Shown here piece after piece: positions 12,300 through 24,345 of a DNA stretch of 64,000 nucleotides. Each line of letters starts with the position of its first letter. Position 1 is the stretch's first letter. The DNA lies in assembly GCF_009914755.1 (NCBI RefSeq), contig NC_060929.1; one strand, given 5' to 3'. The notes beneath the pieces were generated by a model that was given only the letters and a program-made list of their open reading frames with translations, had not been told where the DNA came from and searched no databases. The position numbers and the translations under genes were made by a program. This DNA is from the human T2T-CHM13v2.0 reference genome, Homo sapiens.

Positions 12300-12485
12300 G
12301 TGGGCATCACCTCACTGAATCTTTTTAGGAGGGAGCAGCTATTATGATGCCCATTGTATAGAGGAGGAAACTGAGGCTTTAGGCGATTGACTGATCTGTC
12401 CAATAACACACATCTAGAAAGCGTCAGAGAGAGGATTGCAATCTAAGTCTGTCTGACTCCAGAACCTGGCCTCTTAACCACTAAA
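12300..12485 (-). mobile_element. MIR (host of the AluYd; also continues at ~11980-12007)
   Basis: cccattgtatagaggaggaaactgaggc...gtctgtctgactccagaacc...cttaaccacta. Confidence 0.75.
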
Positions 12486-13270
12486 CAATTATGCCTCTCA
12501 TTATGGCTGGTCAAACTTTAGCAAAGACTACTTAAAGGCCCTTACAAGGGCAATCCCATAATCAGACCGGAAGTACAACTAAAGCTTTCTTAATCCAGCC
12601 ACATGTACAGAAGATGATTGAAAGGTTGTATGTAAATCAGTTTTTGAAAATCAAATCCTATTCTAAATTCACCAAGGGAGCGTGCTTCATTTCTTCACAA
12701 AAAGAAAAAAGTAATACTATTGTACACAATCAGTTCCAATAGATTTATTTGCCAAGCTTAGCATTTTATATGTATGACTACCTTAGAGTTGGGATAATCT
12801 GTGCTCCCCCGTCCTCCCTTAGCACAAATTCACTCACTCATGACGATGAAGGTAATTTGTGATCCAGACAGAAGAGGGAGAAAGAGCCACATCCCTATCC
12901 ACCAAGTCAGAAATTGTTGGCCAGAGGGTAGGATGGCAGAAATTAATGCTCTTTTCAGAGGGAGAAGAGGAAGCCTGAAATATGCATGAAAGTTACTTGC
13001 ATGGATGGCTGATAAATTCCTCAGTTAGCCTACTACTTATTGCTCAGCCCCAGCAGTAAAATGAAAGTAACAGCACTATGAGTCAGCTACACTTCTTGAA
13101 GCTATTTGAAACCCTCTGAGGAAAACAACAGAGTCAATAAATATCATCACATGATGCGTCATGTAGCTTCTCCTGCAGATGAAATTAGTTGTATGTAGCT
13201 AGACTCTTATCATAATTCTACTAGCATTGTGATGGATCTGGAAGGAAGGGCCTTCAGCCCCAGAATTTGC

Positions 13271-13625
13271 TGTTAGCAGACAGCATCTGTGGGCACCTTC
13301 AGGAAATGCCTTAGATGCAGAAAGCCACCTTGCCTAAGATTATGTCCTTTCCAGAAGACGCCCACATCCAGTGACTGACAGAGGAAGGGTTGGTTATAAA
13401 GGCCCAGCCACAGTGGCCTAACCTGGGACAACTCTGACAGGGCATTTAGATCCAGAGCTCCCACAGGGTCCACTGAGGCTGTGGACCTGCCTGATCATTC
13501 AACTCCTCCCTCTGCTCCTTCTTCACTTCTCCACAGGTGTTGATCCCAGAGACAATCCCTAATAAACACTTTTTACACTCGACTCCACCTCAGAGTCTAC
13601 TTCCCAGAAAACCCAGCCTGCAATA
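13271..13625 (+). mobile_element. LTR16C-like ERVL LTR
   Basis: ttgatcccagagacaatccctAATAAAc...ctcagagtctacttcccagaaaacccagcctgcaata 3' end. Confidence 0.7.
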
Positions 13626-13894
13626 AGAATCTATACAAACTATTGAAAATGAAAGTTATATTAAGGGGAAAGGTCTTCCATTTATCATGTATAAAATCTG
13701 GGAAGCCAGACTAAAACTAAGCTGAGAATTTGCCCCTGTAGTTTTTGTTTTCATGGCATTAATATTAGCAAGAATGACTGCTTATTACTATTTTAAAGGT
13801 ACAAATCCATATAATTTATTTATCAGCTCATTTTTCTTCTATGGAAAATTCACCTGTGATAAAATTATTTGGATCCCCTTTTCCTCCATTACAT

Positions 13895-14377
13895 GTGTGG
13901 TAGATTGCAAAGATGACTACAGTGTAATAACTCCCTGCATCTGTGCCCCTAGTAATGTGACCCTGCAACTCTTTCCATCAAGCGGTAGGCTGGCCCTGAA
14001 TCTGGGCTGGCTTTGTGACTTGACCAATAGAATGTGGTGGAAATAATATTGTGCTAGTTCCAAGGTAAGACTTGTGGAGGTCTTGAACACTTCTGCTCTC
14101 TCTCTAGTGTCCCAGCCAGCCCCAGTGTGGAAAAGCCTGGGCTAGCCTGCTGGAAGGTGAGGAGACCACATGAAGAAACAACAAGTTGACCAAGAGGCCA
14201 CCCTATGGGTCCCAGTCAACCCGGCAGACCCATAATTGAGCCTAGTCAAGACCAGAACTGCCCAGTTAGGCTCAGTCGAAATTGCTGATCTGCAAAATTG
14301 CTAGCTACATAAATAGTGGATGTTTTAAGCCACAAGTTTTAGGGTAGTTTATCTTGCAGCACAAACTATCTGATAGA
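13895..14377 (+). mobile_element. MLT1 (G/H-like) MaLR LTR
   Basis: tgtggtagattgcaaagatgac start; ttgtgacttgaccaatagaatgtggtggaa; gttttaagccacaagttttagggtagttt end. Confidence 0.75.
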
Positions 14378-16183
14378 GTAGCTAGTGGTTATTTCCAAGA
14401 CTGATTCTGGAAGAATGAATATTTGAGCAAATTGGTTCACTTCCAAAAACTAAGAATTGATATTGTTTTCCACTCCCATCTTCCATTTTCCAATTTCCAA
14501 GGCAGGGATCTGAGTAGATATTGAGTAGATGGATATGGAGTAGATATTGATACTGAGTAGATGGGAAGAAATCCAGAAAAATTCCACATAGGTACAGTTA
14601 AAATTTCACTTTAAAAATGGCTCAAGAAAAGACTGTATAGTCTAAGAGGTGGACTTCCAGGCAAACATATAGAATGAGATGTGTGATCAAGTTGGGAGTT
14701 TGTGAACCATGATCTTGAAAGTCCCTGTATTGTCCACTGTTTAATGTTATGCTGTTTTATGGGCACAAAAGTGGGGAATTGCAGTTGACTTCCTTAGAGA
14801 ACCCTTAGGAATCCAGCACTCTCTTCCTGCCTGCTATAAATTACAGCTAGTGAAGAAAGAAAGAATATGTCTATTTTTCCAGTAACAGAATAAATAATAT
14901 TATGAATTAAAAAAATTATTTCAGGTAGAGCATGACTAGTTTTTCTTATACCTTGTGCTAAAAGATTGCTGGCACTGTTGCCATTTCCTAGAAAAAAAGT
15001 CACTCTGGTCTCTGGCCCAGGTCCTGACATAAACCTAGTTCCTTTTCTTCTGCTGTGATCAGTCCAGATAAATTTGCACAGAGCAGCTGTTTCTACCTGC
15101 TGCTTTCATGCTGACGAGGTATGCATTCCTCTGATCTAGTGCCTGTGGCGGTTTGATTAGTCATAATTAGACCTCAGAAATCAGACTCTTTTCATCTCAA
15201 TCTCCAAAGCAAAATTTTCTATAAATTCAACATCAGTTTATGTAGGACCTTAAAGTTAAAACAACAACAACAACAAAAAACTCCAAAGAAATCTTTTGAC
15301 TTCCTGATAGCTTTTACTTCTCTAATCTAAATGCTTAGGAAGCATCAGGATTAATTAGGCTAGTTCCTGCTACTCAGCAGCCGGAAGAAGCCGAAAGAGG
15401 TGGAGTTTTGACCTGCCTCTGAACCTTCTACATGGGCAGCTGGCCCTGGGCAGGTGTACATAATTAACAGGTGTGAGCTGGCAGGGTACTCGGAAGGTCC
15501 TGTTAGCAGTTCCCATGCAATCTTCTGAAAGTAGGGTCTTGAGCTGTCAATGATTTTCTTATATTTGCATGAGTCAATGCACATGATCACACGTCATTTG
15601 CCATGCCAGAGTTGTCTCTCAGAGAGTTCACGATATGGACGGTGGTGGCCTAACATTCACCAGCATCTAGACTGCTACCAAGAACTGAAACATATCATTT
15701 CTCTTCTTAATAAACTCCCTTTAGGTATTTTCTAGTCCACCCGGCTCAAGCAAGTTCACACATCGACAAATATAGGGCTGTTGGTGGAGTGGGTAGGGGC
15801 TGGCTGGGGTGGAGGTACAGCATGGTAGCATACTCCCATGACATATTTGCACTCCCCTCGACCTTTGTGTAGAGATGAACATCTGATCAAAATGAATACA
15901 AAATCTATCTAATGATCCTGTAGAAACCACGCCTATTAATTAATCCACTGTTGACAATGTCAGGTGACACGTTATAACAACGCCATTGTGTTTCTGAGCT
16001 TTATTTGTTATATACCTTAAAATAAGACAGTTTCTACAATTATAACTTTAAACAGGTGTTCAATATTTTGAAGCTAATAAAGTATGGACAAGTGCTTATA
16101 AGGACCTTTTACATTTCTGGAGGTTTTTATAGTAAGTAAATAATTTTATGCAGCTTGTGCATTTATATAATTAAAAGTTTTTT

Positions 16184-16280
16184 TGATAGGTGCAGCAAAC
16201 CACCATGGCACCTGTATACCTATGTAAGAAACCTGCACATTCTGCACATGTATCCCAGAACTTAAAGTATAATTTTTTAA
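16184..16280 (+). mobile_element. Severely 5'-truncated L1PA (terminal ~95 nt)
   Basis: gtgcagcaaaccaccatggcac...cccagaacttaaagtataa, flanked by TSD AAAAGTTTTT (16173-16182 / 16281-16290). Confidence 0.85.
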
Positions 16281-16809
16281 AAAAGTTTTTAAGTTTTAAG
16301 AAGTGTAAAAAACAGTATTTAAGAAACATTAATGCAAGATAATAGATCTTTATGTGAAACAAAACTATACAACATGAAGAAAGAAACAAGAATTTTTAAA
16401 AATCTCAAGAGTAGATATAACACAATAAAAAACAATCTCTGGATGTGAATAATCAATACGCTATCATCAAACAGAGAAACTTAAGAGCTATATGGTATAA
16501 ATAGGAGTACTTCAAAGGAAGACTTTGGGGACAAGAATCATGTATAATAATATTTTATTAGTAAGTTAAAATTTTCTAAAACAGTGGATATAATTCTGGG
16601 AAAAGCTAAAGTAAATGCATAAAATTCTCAGGGTGTCCAGGCACCTGTGTAAGGGTGTGCATGTTTTAGCAGCAACTACTGGCATTTCCTCTTTCTCTTA
16701 GTAGCTGAGTCATTGGCCAGTCAGGAACCTCACTACGGAGGTTCTTAATTAACTGCAGCTGTGTTTAAATATTTTGCTCTCAAACAATAACAATAATAGA
16801 AGCAACAAT

Positions 16810-16995
16810 TTAAAAATAGTATTCATACGCAAGCTTTATTGAGAGCTGACTATCTACTGGGCTCTGTTCCAACCACTTTATATGTAATACAGCATTGATC
16901 CTCACTAGAATGAAGAAGTGGGGACTATTATTGTCCTCATTTTACAAAGGATCTAAGATAGTTACTATTCTTGAGCTCAGATTAACTTTTACCAC
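16810..16995 (-). mobile_element. MIR
   Basis: tttattgagagctgactat...actattattgtcctcattttacaaagg. Confidence 0.65.
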
Positions 16996-17035
16996 TTTTC
17001 AAATGTCAGAGTGGTGTATGGTAATAAGAAGCGTA

Positions 17036-17309
17036 GGCCAGTGCAGTGGCTCACGCCTGTAATCCCAGCACTTTGGGAGGCCAAGGCTGGCAGATCACTT
17101 GAAGTCAGGAGTTTGAGATCAGCCCAGCCAACAGGATGAAACCTCGTCTTACTAAAAATATAAAAATTAGCCCAGCTACCCAGGAGGTTGTGGTAGGAGA
17201 ATTGTTTGAACCTGGGAAGTGGAGGTTGCAGTGAGCCAAGATTGCACTAATGCACTCCAGCCTGAGCAATAGTGTGAGAATCCATCTCAAAAAAAAAAAA
17301 AAAAAAAAA
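17036..17309 (+). mobile_element. AluS (Sz-like) with ~27-nt internal deletion at the start of the right arm
   Basis: aaaattag|cccagctac junction; 21-nt A tail; TSD aagaagcgta/aaaaagtgta. Confidence 0.9.
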
Positions 17310-18869
17310 GTGTAAAACTGTACCAAAGGCCTGGGGTGCCCAGGGACAGAGTTTTCTAGCTAGCTCAGGAAGCACACTGGGCTATGACGCATTACAGTCT
17401 TCTGCTTCCATTTCCAGTATTTCCAAAGGCAGCCTGTGGGCTGCCTTACTGCCCTGGACTCCTGGAAATAGAGCTAGAGTCACAAGGATTTATGGCCAAT
17501 AGTGGGCATTACCTTTAATCCAAGCTACTTAGGGAAATAAATCCCTAAGTAGTACTGAACAATCCCATTAACTAGGCAAGGAAGTTCATTGGTTAAGAAA
17601 AAAAAATAAGGCATGCTTTAGAATCAGGTCTTCGTTCAAATCTTATATCTATTACTCATTAGATGAGATTATAGGCATCCAATCTTAACATCTTTTTTTC
17701 TCCCACACTGCAAAAAGGCAAACAGAATTAGGTTTTACCTGCAGCAGGAAGAATTCAAGCGAAAAATTAACAGACGCAGGTTTTCCTGAGTCAGCATTTC
17801 TAACACCTAGGAGGGTTTGCCAGAAAGGTTACAGAATTCTCTTTTCCATAAACCTTCAAAACCATGACAGAGCATCATTAAGAAGAGGGGTTTCACTGAG
17901 TGCAACCCTGGTGGTCTGTGAAGGACTTACAGATGGTCCCTTTGGTCTCTTGATACCAATATTAACCTATTATATTTGCCTAAAAGATAATTTTCACTTC
18001 ATGTAATTACTGTCTTGTTTGCCTCTACTTACATTCCAAACTTTATTAAAATACATTAGAAAATGAAGATACCTTCATTTGAAATTATTGGCTACTTCTG
18101 TTTCAAGATAACAGAAAGCCCCCAATCAAACCTAAGATGTATGTGAAACTCTTTATTAGTGTGTGAAATGTATCAAAACCAGTCGATTACTTCCACGAAT
18201 TAATGAATAATTAAGCAGAGAAACAGATGCAAAATGAGAAATGGTTACATTAAATGAAGAACTTCTTGTGCCTGAGAACAAAATTTGATCAGTTTAGGTC
18301 TAGTCTATTTTTTGTGGCAGCCTGAAAATGCAGAGAGACAGGTAAACAAATATAGAGAGTACAACAATGAATTGTAGGCACTGGTGATGAGAGAGCCAGC
18401 TAGAGTAAGCAAATGAGGTAGGCAGCTGCCAGGTCTACCTGGGGCCATTGCTGGAGAAAATCAGTTTGGTGTTTCTGCTCCATGGCAGGCCAGAGGCAGG
18501 AAGGACTTTTTAAGAGTTGTGCAATAGTTAAGAAATAGATGGACTCTTTTCATCCATGCCATAGGCTCAACATACTACCCCCTGATGGTTAAAACTGCCT
18601 GTTATGCTGAAACATTCCATACAGGCAAGTGAAGAACACTGGAAATTCATTCCATTATTCCACAAATACTGCCTGTATCCTATGTGTGCCAAGCTCTATG
18701 CTATGCTGGGAATACGATGGTAAATAAGACCTAAGACTTGCTTTCAGGACATACAATTCAGTTTTTAAAAGCCCCCAGTTACAGAAGTTACAATAAAGTG
18801 TTATGGCAGTCACCAGGAAAGTGGAGGAGGCATATGATGGGTGTCAGCCTAGTCTAGGGATCAAGGAGT

Positions 18870-19334
18870 TGTCGAAGAAACAAGCTAGACACTAGTTAAA
18901 GGCAATAAAGGCAGATTGTGTGCAGGAAGAACTACTGCAGGAAGGGAAAGAGACTTTAGTATAGAACTGAGCTCAGTTCTCAATGCAGCAGACAGCCGGG
19001 GATTTATAGCCAGCAAGCAGAGTAAGCAGTCTGTGGATGGAAAGTTACTAAGAGGGACATCAAGTGTTGGCAGATTCTTGCTAAACTGGCATCCCAGAAC
19101 TTGTGATAAAGGTGGACCAAAGACTTAGAACTCAAGGTTAGCAGAGAAGATGAAGAACTTGACCAGATGTCAAGGTTGGTGAGATATCAAGGGTGGGGGA
19201 ATCTAAACTGACTAGGAGGATGCTCGATGAAACAGGCTTCAGCAGGCCAAGGACAGGGCCCAAGGATGAGGCCTGGTCAAAAAGAAGACTCTGAGGAGCT
19301 GTTTAAAGTTTGGTCGAGGAAAGGGCTTTTGTCA
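18870..19334 (-). mobile_element. MER31-like ERV1 solo LTR
   Basis: Minus strand starts tgacaaaagccctttcctcgaccaaacttta. Perfect 4-bp TSD GAGT (18866-18869 / 19335-19338). Confidence 0.8.
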
Positions 19335-19658
19335 GAGTGCTTGCAGAAAGGAGTATTAAAGCTGATTCAAGTTGGATGAAGGTGTATTCTAAGCAGAGGG
19401 AAGAGCACCTGTGAAGGCCTTAGAGGTGAGGCGAGCATGGTATATTTGGGAAAGTAAAAAATGCTGATGGATAAATGAAGTTTGAGGCAAATAGGATAGG
19501 AAATGAGACCAGAGACAGAAGCAAAAGAGAGATTTGAAGGCACTGTAAATCTTGTTAGAAGTTCAGATTCTGTCTCAAGGCCAGTGGGGAGTATTATGAT
19601 TTGGTTTCTCTAGACTGCAGAGTGAAAGATAGATTGGAGGGGGCAAGACTAGAGCAGC

Positions 19659-20120
19659 TGTCAACCTATATATCAGAGAGAGGCTCTCTAAAAGAAAATA
19701 ATATTTATTCAGGAATGGGCATTGCCATGGGAATAAATGTACCATGGTAAACTATATGTGCATTCAGGAAGGTAAAGGGAGACAAAGGTTTTTAAAGGAA
19801 AAATGAGGAGAATTGCATACTTGTTTTGAGACAATTATCCTTGGCTATTACAAAGATCAATAACAAGGGTGATGTCAGTCTAAGTTTGGACATGCATTTG
19901 CAGGGAAGATGTCCTTATAGAAGTATTTTTGTAAGGATGCTGTGGCCTTTTTGCAAGGTAGCTTTTGCAGAATCTTCTGTGATAGTTTTTTTTGTTATCA
20001 GGCACAAAAGCATGAGACAGCTTTATGACATTCCCCAGCTCTATTTGTCATGTGTTGGTTTGGTGTTTGTTTTTGCTTTTTAACACAAGTGACTCCATTT
20101 TGATTCTGACAGTTTGTACA
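19659..20120 (-). mobile_element. MER65-like ERV1 solo LTR
   Basis: Minus strand starts tgtacaaactgtcagaatcaaaatggagtcacttgtgtt. TSD CAGC/CAGG. Confidence 0.75.
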
Positions 20121-21184
20121 CAGGGAGCCCAGTTGAGCACATGCTACAATAATTTGGGAGTGAGTTAATGTAACCAAGGTGAGGGTGATGGCATGGAATG
20201 ATACAGAAATAAAAGAATGAAGATATTTAGGAGATAGGAATAGTAGTACTTAGGGCATAATTTACTGGGAGTAGAGAGAAAGGTAGGAGTGAAGGACAGT
20301 TCCCAGGCAATGGGGTGGATATTGAAGTTGGGAACATTGATGGCACAGCAACTCATGGGGAAAGATGATGTATTCATTAGGGACAGACTGAGTTTGAGCT
20401 TTAAGACATTAAAGTTTGGAGCTCAGCTACTGAAACTCCGTTATCTTCTGTCCTGTGGGGCCTTGCATTGTCTTGTGAGGGCTGAGTGGAAATCTCCTGC
20501 TGTTCCTCACTGATTACCAGGTACTTGTTCTGATGATTCACCTACACTAGAGAATGAAAGACAGAAAACAGAGATGTTGGAGAAGGGGTAGCAGGGTTAG
20601 AAAGGATAACAAGAGGGACAGCCAATAGAAAGAGAATGTAGGAATTACCTAATAGAATAGTTTTTGTCCTCCTTCTGACCTTTCTACAACCCCCCGAGTC
20701 CAGCTATTAAGAACAAAGTTAGGAGGTATCATTCACTTCTCAAGACTAAACCTTGCAACAATTCACACACCATGGGATGATTGACACCCTACAGGAAATA
20801 GTTCCACAAATAATCTAATACTTAAAGTGATTTAGAGACAATTTACTGGTGAGATTAAAATGCCTTTCTTTCCGTATACACACTTCAACCTGGATAGATT
20901 TCAGAAACATAAAGTTGAATGAAAAAAATTAAGTTGTAAAATAAAACATATAAATATGGAAGTCTTTTTATGGATATATACATATATGTAAAAACAGGAT
21001 TATTTTTACCAATAGGGAAGGAGTGAGGTAATTGAAAACAGCAAAAGACTTCAACCACATCAGGAATGATTTTTTTTATGTGAAAAAAAAATCTGAAGCA
21101 TACTTGGCAAAATGTTAATATTTGTTAAATTTGGGAGTTTGTTATGTGTATTTGTTTAAAATATTTCATTAAAATGACTGTATG

Positions 21185-21883
21185 GATTTTTTCTTCGACA
21201 AGAATTTAAAATAATATATGTAGATGCTCCCTACTCAAGGAAGTAGAGCTTAACCCCTTCCGGGGGTGAGCTAGATTTAGTGATTTGGTTGCAAAAATCA
21301 GAGAAGAGAAAGGGGGAAAATAGTACCTTTACAGTAGAGAAACCTGGCAGATGCCACCTTGATCAAGAGATGATGCTTAACATCATCGTATGTGGGTATC
21401 ATGTACCCCTTAATATGATGTGCTTGGCAAGAAGGACACTTTACCTCTGTGCTATTCTTCATAAAATCCAGTAACCCCAGTTAACTATGTGAAAACACAC
21501 ACACACACATCCAGACATGGGAGCATTCTAAGTACCTGGGCACTACTCCTTAAAACTGACAAAGTCATTGAAAATGAGGAAAGAATGAGAAACTTTCACA
21601 GACCAGAGTACTGGGAAGACCTGACAACTAAATGCAACATGAAGTCCTGGATTGAAATCTACAATGGAAAGAGGATATTAGTGGAAAAGCTGGTGGCATC
21701 CAAATAAAGTCTGGAGTTAATAGTAATGTACTAATGTTGGTTTCTCAGTTGTGACAAAGGTACCTTGGTTATATAAGATGTTAACAATAGGGGAAACTAG
21801 ATGACACGTATATAAAAACTCTCTGTACTATTTTTGCAAAGTTTCTGTAAATCTAACGTGATTCCATTTAAAAGCTTTTTTTA
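21185..21883 (+). mobile_element. L1MC3/L1MD-like 3'UTR insertion
   Basis: tttacagtagagaaacctggcagatgccaccttg; actctctgtactatttttgcaa. 14-bp TSD AAAATGACTGTATG (21171-21184 / 21884-21897). Confidence 0.75.
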
Positions 21884-23507
21884 AAAATGACTGTATGTCA
21901 TCAAGAACCCTCCATCTCAAAATGAAACCAATGGGAAATCGTCTCTGTGCCTGAGGATTGAGCACATTATCCAAGTGCAGTGGTGCCTTGTTTCTCAGCC
22001 TTCAGAGAGGAGGAAGTGTACCATGGAGGTTAATTTTTCAGAAAATTGAAACTAACCCTTCAATCACAAAAAAGGTGTTGCTATTTTCAGCTATTTTTTT
22101 TGATGGCAAGCTTTCAAAAGTGGATGAAAAAATTCACTCCTCTCTGAACAGAGGACATAGGAGTAATTGAATCCTTTCTGGGTGAGTCAGGGCCACCGGT
22201 GTGAATATCTGCTATCACATTACCTCAATAAACGGCATGGTCCTGCCTTTCATTTTCTTTTCCATGGCATGAAGTTAGAAATACAGGAGCCATCATCTCA
22301 CAGCTAAGAAATGGCAAAGAGAAGGTCACAAAAAATTGATGTGAATTAAGAATAAGAGAGGTGTTTATACAACCCCAGGTGAGCCAGCCCTGGGTAGAGC
22401 GTGTCTTCTACCTTCTTAAACAGGCAGTTTAGCTGAGGGGAGCAGCTGGCAGTTGATTTTCCCATTTTTCTGTGCCATTTCTTGGTTAGCAATGCAACCT
22501 CTGAATGCAAAGCACATCCTCTGGGCAACAATTGAAGACCCCAATAACCCCTACTTATCTCATTTCAGGCATGAGAGGCCAGTGAAGGTTAACTCGTTGA
22601 TATTTTCATGAAGGAATTTAAATTGTGACATTTTCCAGTTCTACTTAGAGAATATTTTCTTTGTTAGATATATCATAGGGCAATAATTTGGCTCATACTA
22701 CATGAAGAAGTGTCTAATGAAGCCAAAGAAATAGTATAACGTGAGCCTTGGCGATAGGTGGCCAGAGAAGTAAAGGGAGTTTAGGAGGAAGGGGGATTAC
22801 AAATCAGTCCCAAGCAGTGATGCTTCCCACAAAGGCTTTTCCATTCCCCTGTTCTGGAGCTACATGGCACCCCATGCTTCCTCCTTGGAGAGACCAGGCC
22901 TCTCTGGAGCCCAACAATTGCTCAGCCTCACAGCCCAGCCAAGAGATGGGCCCCTCTTCTGGAAAATGAACTTCACCCTAAACTCTGCACGAGCTTGTTA
23001 GTTAAACCACCAGTCTTCACTTAATCTGACACAAAGATGAGATTTGCAGTATCTTCCTAAAGTATCTTCCCCTAGTTATTACCTCTGCAACTCAAATATA
23101 AGCCCACCAAGTACTGTAGTCTTATTTCCTGCCCCTTTTTTATCATCAAAATCACCTTGTTCAACATCAGTCGCAACAAATATTTCTGGATTAGCAGATT
23201 GTGTACTCAGTAATCTCTCCAGGTAACCCAGCCCTAAGGCAGTAGGTGGTGTCAAATTATTAGTGCAGACAAGAGATATTAGGGGATTTTCAAGAAGCTT
23301 CCTGTAGAACATCCACTTTGTCACCTGTTTGCTGGAGTCAGCGTCATGGATATGACTTAATTAGACAAGGCTGGAGGTTTTGACCTGAAATTAATCATCA
23401 ACTAACTAATTCTGAAGAAAAGTCTGAAGGGAAGAAAGATATTTTAATGTCCATACTTTTTCTCTATTCCTCTAGAAAAGTATTCAAATATCTAGTCTTC
23501 ATTTTGG

Positions 23508-23849
23508 GCAGGATTTCTCAACTTCTGTGCTATTAACATTGAAGGCCAGACAATTCTCTGTTGTGAATGGCTGTCCTGTGCATTATAGGAAGTTTGGCAG
23601 CTAGAGTTGCTAGAGTTAGCAAATTAAAATACAGAATTCCTGGTTAAATTTGAATTTCAGATAAACACGAATAAATTTTTATAGTATAGGTATGTCCTGT
23701 GCAGTATTAGCAGTATCCCTGGCCTCTGTCTACTAAATGGTGATAGCATGCTCCCCCACCCCCAGCTGTGACAACCATAAAGTCACCACACATTGCACAT
23801 TGACAAATGTTCTCACAGGGAGCAAAACTGCTCCTGCTGAAAACCACTG
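23508..23849 (+). mobile_element. MER20 hAT-Charlie element (interrupted)
   Basis: caggatttctcaac...ggctgtcctgtgcattatagga / atccctggcctc...tgtgacaacca...gaaaaccactg. Confidence 0.8.
23602..23706 (+). mobile_element. Half of a MER53 palindromic MITE nested in MER20
   Basis: agagttgc...ttagcaaattaaaatacag...gttaaatttgaatttcagataaac...gtatgtcctgtgcagtat matches one arm of MER53. Confidence 0.75.
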
Positions 23850-24345
23850 ATTCAGGGTTACACATCAGAAAGCTACGAACATGAACATCTTTATCTTAGC
23901 TTCCAGAAGAAATAGCTTTCTCTGATGAAGTATCCATGAGAGAGTTCGCCAGACGAAGAACTCTCCTACAAATCTTACTTAAGCCGTTTTGAAAATGTGT
24001 TTTATTCTGTTTTTAATGTCTCCTGGGATAAATTCCCTTTAGGCATTTGTGCCAGGTAAATTATTGGCTCTGTTTCAGAATTAGCAGGCTCATTTCAATC
24101 AGTTAATGTAAATTATGAAGGCTGTCATATTTTTATTTTTTCCTTAACTGCTAGAAAGCTTAGAGATAAATTTAGTGCTCAGTTGCAAAACCATCTAAGC
24201 TTATGGGACTAGCAGTATTTTTTAAAACAAACATATACAGTGCCTTTTATATGTTGCATATATTTTAAATTATTTACAAGTATTAAATGTTTAAGTTCAT
24301 TCTATTACTGCAACAACCCTATGGTCAAGTCCTATTATTATCCTC

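Larger units (their letters stand above)
18640..20420 (-). mobile_element. L2 LINE remnant split into three pieces by two LTRs
   Basis: L2 3' end attcattcc...tatgtgtgccaagc; aagcagagggaagagcacctgtgaaggc; gatagattggagggggcaagact; gaagatatttaggagatagga. Confidence 0.7.
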
